A DNA stretch of 63,066 bases, the filler included, from Kipferlia bialata (taxonomy: Eukaryota), in assembly GCA_003568945.1 (NCBI GenBank). It is 7 parts of 7 records of this genome, joined end to end, with 100 filler letters (N's around TTAATTAATTAA, not from the genome) between each part and the next. Parts side by side here need not be neighbours in the genome. Positions count along the whole stretch, not along the records: positions 1 to 10,114 come from BDIP01001497.1; 6 more parts are not named here. One strand, written 5' to 3'. The position numbers and the translations under genes were made by a program. Under the pieces are notes generated by a model. The model was not told the origin of the DNA and searched no databases. It worked only from the letters and a program-made list of their open reading frames with translations. This document shows, in pieces, positions 1 through 10,214 of this stretch (position 1 is its first letter; every line of letters begins with the position of its first letter).

Positions 1-53
<53 letters not shown>

Positions 54-331
54 ATGTATGTGTAGATATATACCTGTGTACTATAGTATATACTTCCTAT
101 ATCTGAGACATCCACTCTGCTCAGTGACGACATGGACAAGGTATAAGTATATATAAATGAATATATATTATAATATGTGTATAATTCAACCTACTCGCCG
201 CCTCCCACCCCCAGGACCCCATGTCTATTGCAACCAGGCCAATGCTACATTTTCAGTATACCCAATACGTATATACTATGTAGTCTACACTGCATATACT
301 CATGTATACACACATATTTATCCAACCCCAG

Positions 332-1017
332 GACCCCCTTGTCTACCTCAACCAGGGCTTTGCTGTCAGTGCTCTGCTGTGTCTGGTGTCTCTGTGGGGT
401 ATGGATATACTCTATCTCTACATATATGGGGGGGGTGTATGTCTCTTGATACTTGCTGGGTTTGTGTATACAGTGTATCGCTCTATGGGGTATACAGTGC
501 CCTGCTGTGCCTGGTGTCTCTGTGGGGTATATGTCTATATCAACTCTCCATTCTTATACATAATATATATCTATGTACGCTATCTCTCTATATATCTCTG
601 TGAGGTATGGATATGCACCAACTCTCACTCACTATCTCTACCATACTTAGGAGGGTGCTTCCTTATGCTGAGCTACTCAATGACCCTTCCCTCTCTCTCT
701 CTCTCTCCTTCTCTTCCTGTACTAACTCACCCTAATGCTGCTGCTTCTTCATGCTTAGCTACTCCGATGACCGTTCCCTTCAATACTCATCGCTCTCCAT
801 CTCTAAATATGTATATATATATATATGTGTGTTTGTAATCAGTATCTTACTCTCAGGCTGCTGCTTCTTCATGCTTGGCTACTCCGATGACCCTGCAACA
901 GCCGGTGCTTGGTACATGTATGCCATGTGCGGTACACTAGGTATGCATAGTGTATGTATATAGTATATTGACTATTTTTACAGTCAGGAATAGTAGTTGC
1001 TATTACCTTCCTGACAA

Positions 1018-1064
<47 letters not shown>

Positions 1065-1106
1065 CTTATTGTTCAGGACTAGTTGCAGCCCTTGCCTTCC
1101 TGGCCA

Positions 1107-1145
<39 letters not shown>

Positions 1146-1272
1146 TCATATTCTCTTACTTTAGGACTAGTGGCTGCCCTTGCCTTCCTGGCCATTGTCC
1201 AGTACTACACAGACTGCAAGTGAGTATTGTACATATACATACATAAGCATACATATATATATATATATATAT

Positions 1273-1303
<31 letters not shown>

Positions 1304-1327
1304 CTACATATATATATATATATATAT

Positions 1328-1358
<31 letters not shown>

Positions 1359-2776
1359 CTTCCTGGCCATTGTCCTGGACTAGACAGACTGCAAGTGAGG
1401 ATATGTAGACATATATATGTTCAGTGTGATATTGTATACCGATAGTCCTCTCTAACCATAGCTACGGCCCCGTCAACCGTATCATCACTGCCTCGGAGAC
1501 AGGAGATGCCACTAACGTCATTGCAGGTACCAGTCTATATACACACATATATATACAAGTCTAGATGTATATATAGATTGACATAGATGCTTATCTGTCA
1601 ATATACATATATGAGGTATGAGATATGAGATATATATAGTCACTGCCTCTGATACAGGCGATGCCACCAACGTCATTGCAGGTACTAGGCCTAGTATCTC
1701 TACCTCTCTCTCGCTACATGAACTTCTCTGGATAAGAGAGGGTATATTATACGATTTGCCTTGCCGTTAGCTTCGAGTCCGCTCCAATACCTCTCTCTAC
1801 CTCTCTTCCTCACTCCAGTCCTTTAGTTGGCTTTGAGGCTTCTATAACACTCTCTCTCTCTCTCTCTCCCTGTTTGTCTCCCATGCTATCTCATACTTTA
1901 GGCCTTGCTGTCGGCTTTGAGTCTGCTGCCCTACCTGTACTGGTCATCGGTGCAGCACTAGTGTGTGCCTATCAGGTATATACTTGTGTGTGTAGTATAT
2001 ACATTCCTATTCATGGGTATGTAGTATGTAGTATGTAGTATGTATACAGTCTATATACAACCCATCTCACCTCCCAGCTTGGCATGCATGCTGGCTTCGG
2101 CGTCGACCCAGAGTCCATGTACACAGGTACGCATACGGTTATGTATATGTGTATATATCCATATTAATATATACACGTATGTACACATATACTGTGCATT
2201 GCACATTCAACGTGGCTTAGCCTTGCTAGTGTCTCTATCTCTCCCCCTCTCTATATAAATCTATATCTGTATATATGCGTCATATTTATTATCTTACCTC
2301 CAGACACCGCCTCCCCGGGTCTCTTTGACACAGCATAGTCTCTCTTACTCTCTCTCTCTTACTCTATACTGAACATATATGTATATACACTCACCTCCAG
2401 ACACCTCCTCCCCCGGTCTCTTTGGCACCGCTGTCGCTACAATGGGAATGCTCATGTCTGTCTGTTATGGTACGTGTAAAAAATGTATGCGCAAACATGA
2501 CTAATCGGAATACGACACAGTCACCCTAACCCCCAGTCCTTGCCCTGGACACCTTCGGTCCCATCTCAGATAACGCAGGAGGTATGATACATCATTCTAG
2601 TATATGTGTGTTGTAAGACGTATACCACAACGTGTGAGTACCGGTGGTCAGTCGTACTCTATTTACTCGCTCCTACTATCCTTCTCTCTCTCGAACTCAC
2701 GCTCAAGGTGTTGTTGAGCTGTCCCAGCAGCCAGCCTCAGTCAGGGAGAAGACAGACAGACTCGGTACGTACATAT

Positions 2777-2810
<34 letters not shown>

Positions 2811-4129
2811 AGTATATATAGGATGGAGATACATATATATACATATATATAATTAGTCTCAGTCATTGAGAGGACAGACAGACTCAGTCCAAAACATTTA
2901 CATGCGTAGTGATGATTGATCTCTCTTATAACCGTCTTTCCCTTCTCACCCCCCCAGATGCCGTCGGTAACACTACAAAGGCACTCACCAAGGGGTACGC
3001 GACCATTTGTAGTATATGATATATATAATATATTTGTATTATACTTAAGTCCTCCGGACATAACGGTCTCGCTGCCAGTTTCCTTCTCTCTCTCCCTCTC
3101 TCAGTACATTTTTCTTACTAACCTCTAGCTATGCCATTGGCAGTGCCGGTCTGGCTGCCTTCCTGCTCTTTGGTGCATACTGTGACACAGTGGTGAGTGT
3201 ATATTGAACATTTATGGCTTTCTCTACACAGTCTTATGCATATATATACTCTAAGGAACTGTTGCACATATGTATAAATATGCAACCTTCCTTCTCTTTG
3301 GTGCATACTGTGACACAGTGGTATGTGCATATAGTGTATCCATTGGATGTCTGTTTGGTTGTACATACACACTCTCAGGAGTAGAACATCTATTCTCATA
3401 TATATCTGCTCACATATAACTACATAGACTTGTATACTTACCCCATCATCCAGACCTGTTCCTTTCTATTCTCTCTTTCTCCCTCACACATTTTGTGGAC
3501 TCCTCTAGGATTCCGTCATCCATACGCACCATCTACCTCTCTCTCTCTCTCTCTCTAATCTCTCTCTCTCTCTCTATACACCCAATATTCATTTACCCCC
3601 CAGGAGTCCATCATCCAGTCCCACTCCCCTACCCACTCCTATGCCCCCTTCACACTGTCCCTCGCCATACCAGAGAACTTTGTGTCAGGTATGTGTATAG
3701 AGTACATAGTAGCATGTATAGAATAGATACAATGGATACCATTAGTACTATATATACTATACTGGTATCTCCATCCACACTGTCCCTCGCCATCCCAGAG
3801 AACTAATCACCAGGCCTTCTAGGCGCTGGCCTTGTCTTATACAGATATATATGATGTGCTACATATAATTCTAGATATATATAATACTGGTCTCTCTGAT
3901 CCCTAGGCCTTCTAGGCGCTGGCCTTGTCTTCTACTTCTGTGCCCTGTGCATCCAGAGGGTGGGAGAGACGAGGTATAGCACATTGTAGTTGTAAGAATT
4001 GAATATCTAAAGGACATAGTGGTACCGAACATGTATACACTATATATTCTGATACTAACCACCAGTGAGATTGTGATTGAGGAGGTCAGGCGCCAGTTCA
4101 GAGAGCACCCAGGTGGGTTTCAATATTAT

Positions 4130-4179
<50 letters not shown>

Positions 4180-6171
4180 TATAGTGTATGTATATACCAT
4201 CTCATTCAGGCATCATCGACTTCTCCATTTCGATATTAGTATTATACGATTACTATATATCGTATACTTTTCACAGTACATATGGTGTGTGTTGTATATC
4301 ACTCATGTCTTTAGTCCAAGTATCCCCCCTTACCCAGGCATCATCGACTTCTCCGAGAAGCCCGACTACCAGATCTGTGTGTCAAAGGTGAGTGGTGCAG
4401 TATGATATTTCTATATCAACTATGTACTATCATTTACTATATACCTTGATATACCTTGATACAACACTACCAGATCTGTGTGTCCAAGGTGGGTGTCTCT
4501 ATGTGTGTACCATAGAGCCATATGATACATAGTGTGTACTTTAGAGTATAGATGTGTAAGTGTCTGCACACACTAACCCCCTAGGTCACCAAGGGTGCCC
4601 TCCTCGGTATGATTGTCCCTGGTCTGCTGGTGGTTGTGGTGCCAGTGACATGTGGCCTAGTCTTTAAGGTATACTATATAGAATAGTAATATGTGTGCAT
4701 ACTAATATTATACATACTAAATATATACTATTCATTAAACCATATGTGTATAATCCTTGACTTCTGGTTGTGACATGTGGACTGGTGTTCAAGGTAAATG
4801 TATATATAGTCTCTAAGGTATATATATACCCCCCGCTACGTATTTATATGCCTATATATGCTATTTCTATTATATTTGGTGTCATTGTTGTTGTGGTGCC
4901 AGTGACATGTGGACTGGTGTTCAAGGTATACAACGACAACACTAGCCAATTAGTCTTGAACTCCACGGATAAGTATGTGTCGATATGATGAAGTGAGAGG
5001 GGTACTTTATGTGAACATACTTGTGCATATCTAACCCCCAGTTCGAGGGATCGATGCTGAACCTCAGCAACAGCGACACAATCGGTGAGTACATGCCCAT
5101 ATGTGTATGTTTACATGAATATGCAGTCATCATTGATGCCGAGGGTATCCATCCACAATGTAGATGTACTTGATAGAGTATACTTGTGTATACTAGAATA
5201 TATTTTTTTTAGCAAGTGAAGTAATCTCTTTGCACTAACAATAGGAGCTGAGGCCGTTGGCACCATCCTGATGTCCGGTACCATCACTGGGTTTGTGACT
5301 GCATCCATGCTCAACAATGCAGGTATGAGGGTATCTTGAAATCTACCATAAATATATATCAATGAGTATGTATCATACCCCCAGGTGGTGCCTGGGACAA
5401 TGCCACGAAGAGGGTGTATATCCATTATATAGATATGTATATTATGATATATACAGGATATACTGTATATATAGTATATGGCACGTCTATCTATATCTAA
5501 CCTTCAGGAGGTGCCTGGGACAACGCCAAGAAGAGGGTGGAGGAGGATGCCACAAACAGAGGTAGGGTGTCATACAGATTCTTCCTACCGAATGGCGGAT
5601 GTATATTCACCTATATGGTTGTACATATATGTGTATATACACATCATGGACACTCACCCCAGGCACTGCCAAGCACAAGGCCTCCATCACCGGAGACACA
5701 GTCGGAGACCCCCTGAAGTACGTGACTTCTCTCGCCTTTCACACTATCACTGTGTATTTATAGATACATATATTTATGGAGACTCAAGACATTTATATCG
5801 ATGTATTCTCCATCTCTCTCCTATCCACCCACAAACGCTATGTGTATCTCCACACCTTACCCTTAGGGACACCGCCGGCCCCGCTGTCCACGTCCTGGTC
5901 AAGCTGCTCGCCAACACATGTGAGTATCTCTCTTCTTCTCTCTCTCTCTCTCTCCCTCTCACTCTCTTTGTGCTATATATACATTTTCTTGTATGTCCAC
6001 TGACATCTCAATATGTACATATTCATTGGTCGTTTCCATTGTAAATATCACTCAATGAACCATGTTCTCACCCTCAGGTGTAGTGATGAATACCCATCTG
6101 TATAATGCATCATCATCTCACCCGCAGGCGTTGTAATGGCACCTCTTCTGGTTGGGAAGCCGCAACAGTAG
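332..6171 (+). CDS. hppA: Membrane-bound H+-translocating pyrophosphatase, K+-independent type; 5'-partial, about 22 exons in window
   Basis: Manually spliced GT-AG exons include 332-398, 857-940, 1165-1219, 1462-1526, 2401-2469, 2537-2581, 2708-2764, 2958-2994, 3129-3192, 4066-4112, 4585-4668, 5508-5561, 5663-5717, 5867-5919 and 6128-6171. They give the family motifs GLFGTAVATMGML, DTFGPISDNAGG, DAVGNTTKALTKG, EVRRQF, GGAWDNAKK and GDTVGDPLKDTAGP. Exon phases are consistent and the stop is TAG at 6169-6171. Confidence 0.96.
5031..5041 (+). promoter_or_regulatory. Representative fused branch-point/3' splice site CTAACCCCCAG (consensus YTNAY-n3/4-AG, used throughout the window)
   Basis: Nearly all inferred acceptors have CTCAC/CTAAC/CTGAT/CTTAC 10-11 nt before the exon, e.g. 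CTTACTCTCAG at 846-856, CTAACCCCCAG at 2526-2536 and CTCACCCCAG at 5653-5662. Confidence 0.85.
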
Positions 6172-6175
6172 TGTG

Positions 6176-6224
<49 letters not shown>

Positions 6225-6937
6225 GAGCAGACAGGAGAGAGCGTCGTGTGTCAATCGTGTAAATTAGTGTAACACTGCATTTAGTCGGTCAGAGTCATAG
6301 CAGTAATTGCAGGCCACACAAAACATGACCATGTCGTTTAGTAATTCTTTGTGTGAAATTCACATTGTGAATGACATTCATACTATGATATAACAAGTTG
6401 TTGAACTGATATAGCAGCATTTGTGAGCATCTCATAGCCGTATAGGTTGACAGGGCAAAGACATAGTGTGAGGCAATGTTAGCCTGGACTGTCTCTCATA
6501 CCTGTTATAGCAGGGTATTTCCGGTCGTGTTCGGTATATTGTCGAGACATTCAATATAAACAATATCGGCACCCATCTCGCCTCACATATTGTGGCACTC
6601 TTGTGAAGACCCACTCCCAATGCGACTGTCTACTGACACTTATCCTATCTTGTCTTAGACAAGTTGTCCGGCACTTCTAAGAATCTAGCAATATTACCAA
6701 ACCTTGCACAGAAACATAAATGTGTATCCTACAACAGAGAAAAGACTCTTCATATAGGCTTATCGCTCATCTACAGTGTAACACTATCGATTCTTAGACA
6801 TAGTCAGTGACTGAGTCACTGTTAGCACTAGTGTGGGGTACTTACAATACTCGGGATTGATATGCACCAGTAACTGCTACTAGAAGAGTATGTCACTAGT
6901 CAATCGTATACTGCAACCATACATCCATCCTTGCGTT

Positions 6938-7909
6938 CTATACATACCCCATAGTCACATCATCCAACCCGAATACCACCCTGTCACCCCACCTCTCCTC
7001 CTCAATGTCCCTGATCATAACCCTGGGAGGCGGAGTGGGTTCATTCCTTACATGGCTATAGAGTGCAATACAGAGCAAGGTGCTTGGCCCAATCATACAT
7101 ATGTGCCAGCCATAATCACTCTGCTTCGAGAGGTCTATCCACTCAGACTCTTGGGAGTGTACCCACTCCCCTGATACAGTATCATACACATGGTCAGTGT
7201 ACTCTGTAGGTGCATTATACCTACCAATACACTCTGTAGCAACTACACACCTCCCATACGCCACTGGTGCCCGAGTTCTGGCTCTCAGGTTCGTATGTTC
7301 AGTCTGCCAGGATTCAGGTGGTGTGAATATTCTCACTCTCTTAGATAGCTTGTGAATCATGTATGCTCTGTTTTGCACCGTGACACAACTGCAGAAATCA
7401 CCAACGCCCTTCCCTTCCGGCATAGTGACTCTCTCCCAACTGGTATCTGACGAATACTTCCAGTATTCAACGGAATAGGGTGGGGTGGATATGTTTCCAC
7501 GCAGGTAGAGTGTACCATCAATGGAGAAGGTTGATGGGCGAACCAACCCAGGTGGCCAAGAACCTACCTTAGGTACCACACTCCACTCTCCAATGTCTGT
7601 GGTGTACAGATACATGTCGTTGGTACGTGTTCTCTCTGGTGTATACAGTACACCAAACACATACACGTCGTTATCCACAGTACAGGCTGACAACTCTTGA
7701 GTAGACCCGGGAATTGGGCAGAGCACTGGTGTCTCACTCTCTATGGTGCCATCACTCAGGAGTGTGAGTACAACTGAGACATACAGCCACTTTCCCTCTA
7801 TGTGGGGGTCTTCGTTCCATCCAATGACTAGTGCCTGGTAGTCCCCTATACGTACTATTGCATCTACGTTTTGAGGCAGGTTGGGTATGTGTACATCGAC
7901 ACTGGACAT
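6938..7909 (-). CDS. Intronless Kelch-like beta-propeller protein (323 aa), paralog of 8628..9611
   Basis: Clean ORF with Kelch-like VYVFG...DMYLYTTDIGEWS and YDTVSGEW motifs; collinear with the neighbouring gene. Confidence 0.8.
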   Translation of the reverse strand: MSSVDVHIPNLPQNVDAIVRIGDYQALVIGWNEDPHIEGKWLYVSVVLTLLSDGTIESETPVLCPIPGSTQELSACTVDNDVYVFGVLYTPERTRTNDMYLYTTDIGEWSVVPKVGSWPPGLVRPSTFSIDGTLYLRGNISTPPYSVEYWKYSSDTSWERVTMPEGKGVGDFCSCVTVQNRAYMIHKLSKRVRIFTPPESWQTEHTNLRARTRAPVAYGRCVVATECIGRYNAPTEYTDHVYDTVSGEWVHSQESEWIDLSKQSDYGWHICMIGPSTLLCIALYSHVRNEPTPPPRVMIRDIEEERWGDRVVFGLDDVTMGYV

Positions 7910-8627
7910 GGTGTGGGTTAACGTTAGAAGTCTTTCTTTGCTATAAAGAGAGTGAGCTAGGGTTCCAAGGGTGATAAGAGATGGTGTAGCATGAGTGACC
8001 TTGTCATCTTGAAGCTATCTTTCAGCCATCTGAGTGAGATGCTACCTCCTCGCTGTCGACCTAAGAAGGTTTCACCTGACCAAGTCTTGTGTCTGTCCAG
8101 GTGATGGCGACTGTAAATACTCAACCAAAGTCTACACCTTGCGGTTGCAAAACACATTATACTCTATGACTCATAGAGTCTATGAGTGACAGTGACACGT
8201 TGAATCTTCACTATATTGTAGGGCAGAACAATCTTCACTGGTGTGATTGCAGATATACTATTTTGTAGTAGGAAAGGAAGTTAGCGATGACGCGTATATA
8301 CGATCATAGACTCTCAACCCGCCAAGCATATATGAGTCATGTAATATGACACAATCATTGTGTCACGATGGGCTTATCTGATCACTAACGGCTGATTCCT
8401 GCCAAGAAGTCTATATTGCTTCATATCTAGTTTAAGTACAGTTGTAAAGTATATAGATAAATAGATCTAAATACACCACAAAATCAGTTTCGCAGGCGAT
8501 AGAATACAGTATACAAGTCTTGACAAGTTACCACTGATAACCAATTAGTCTGTTGTGTTACAGTATTGCTAAACGTGCAGGTTTACTCCTCCAGGATGAC
8601 TATCGGCTCCCTCACTTTCACACACCC

Positions 8628-9611
8628 CTACCCCAGAGTCATAGCGTCCAGCAAGCATGCCCAGTCATCACCCCCCTCACCCCATCTCTCCTCTTCCAGG
8701 TCTCTTACCATAACCAGTGGTGGTCGTCTGCGCATGTCACCTTGTCTATGCGGGTAGTTGACTATGCTCACTGCTGTGGTGGGCCCAAGCATGCAACAGA
8801 GCGGGCCATAACCCTCTCTCTCTGAAGAAGACAGTACTACATCCCATCGTGACCTGTGACTATGTGACACTTCCCTTGACACGGTATCGTATATGTGGTC
8901 AGTAGCCACACGCACGCCGTTGTCCCGTTCATAAGACGTGGTAATTAATAGTCCCCTACCACTACCAACAGCGACGTCAGGGTACCACACCTCCACACTT
9001 TCATAGCTCCACTCCCAGGGAAGCCTAAACATCGATACAGGGAGTATGTCGCCCACCAAATACACAGTCTCAAAGAGGGTGAACCTATTACGGAACCTCT
9101 CTTTGTGCCAGGTTGGAATGGGGCGCCCAGTCTTCCATCCAGTGTCCGGTGCGTAAATCCAGCTCTCATAGTCGCCAGTTTGGGTATCGGATCCACACAT
9201 GTAAAGCTGATCTTCTATGCAGAACATCCACTTAGATTCTAGCCCTGGCGGCCACAGACCAGTCTCAGGCACCTCACTCCACTCCCCAGTGTCAGCTGTA
9301 TAGAGGTACATGTCAGTAACGTAGATTCGTTTTCTCTCCCTTGCGACACGACCCCCATACACATACACGTCATTCCCCAGTGTAGCAAGTAGGAGGTCCC
9401 GTGCAGTTACTGGTATAGGGCAATGTATTGGTGCCTCACACTCAACTGATCCGTCGCTGAGTAGCGTTATGAGAGAGGAAACCACCCTCTTGCCGTACTC
9501 TGCTGTAGAGTCTGGGTTGGTACCTATGATCAGGGCCTGATAGTCACCTGTGCGTACCACGGCCCTCACGGAGGATGGAAGGTTGGGTATGTGGGATTTG
9601 ACACTGGACAT
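8628..9611 (-). CDS. Intronless Kelch-like beta-propeller protein (327 aa), tandem paralog
   Basis: Start placed at MSSVKSHIPNLP by homology to MSSVDVHIPNLP. Contains VYVYGG...DMYLYTADTGEWS and shares the C-terminal RD(I/L)EEERWG. Confidence 0.8.
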   Translation of the reverse strand: MSSVKSHIPNLPSSVRAVVRTGDYQALIIGTNPDSTAEYGKRVVSSLITLLSDGSVECEAPIHCPIPVTARDLLLATLGNDVYVYGGRVARERKRIYVTDMYLYTADTGEWSEVPETGLWPPGLESKWMFCIEDQLYMCGSDTQTGDYESWIYAPDTGWKTGRPIPTWHKERFRNRFTLFETVYLVGDILPVSMFRLPWEWSYESVEVWYPDVAVGSGRGLLITTSYERDNGVRVATDHIYDTVSREVSHSHRSRWDVVLSSSEREGYGPLCCMLGPTTAVSIVNYPHRQGDMRRRPPLVMVRDLEEERWGEGGDDWACLLDAMTLG

Positions 9612-10114
9612 GGTGAACAAAGACAATACTCTTGTCAATGGCGCTTTGACTATATGATGAACAGGTGTTATTGCCAAGGTCTCCTAGAATCGGGTATCTT
9701 TCTTCCTATGAATGCAGGTATACTGACGAAAGAGAGTGCCTCCAGTGTTGCTTGTAATTCAACTCTACTGTAGCGTTGAATTCAACAGTGATTCGAGGCA
9801 TAAGAGACTAGAAGACACTGGCGTATGCGTTGAGTCTCTGGTACTGGGACCATTGACAAATGGTACAATGTATTCCAATTATTTACCTTTACACTGTAAA
9901 GTTTACAGTCCATCAGCAGAAACATAACACTCTGGTGAGAAGATGTTTCATATGACGTCATTTAGAACTTCTCCTTGAGAAGAGTATGTGTGAATCTTGA
10001 AGTGCTGATTCACTAAGCAGCTACTAGTTGTCGCCCATACATGGCAACTTGTTCGAAAGTCCCATTCATATTCGCGCGATTCATTCGCTTGCGATTCGCT
10101 CATTTTCATTCGCT

Positions 10115-10214
10115 NNNNNNNNNNNNNNNNNNNNNNNNNNNNNNNNNNNNNNNNNNNNTTAATTAATTAANNNNNNNNNNNNNNNNNNNNNNNNNNNNNN
10201 NNNNNNNNNNNNNN
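10115..10214. other. Artificial contig linker N44-TTAATTAATTAA-N44
   Basis: 100-nt spacer with stops in all six frames, repeated identically six times in the window. Confidence 0.98.

Noticed and set aside
157..1445. Many short YIYI/SLSL/ERER ORFs here and throughout the window
   Set aside because: They are translations of (TA)n and (CT)n/(GA)n microsatellites in introns; only the spliced exons give conserved protein.
10159..10170. TTAATTAATTAA recurring about every 10.1 kb as a biological periodic element
   Set aside because: It is always embedded in N44 flanks and contig sizes decrease monotonically, so it is an artificial concatenation linker.
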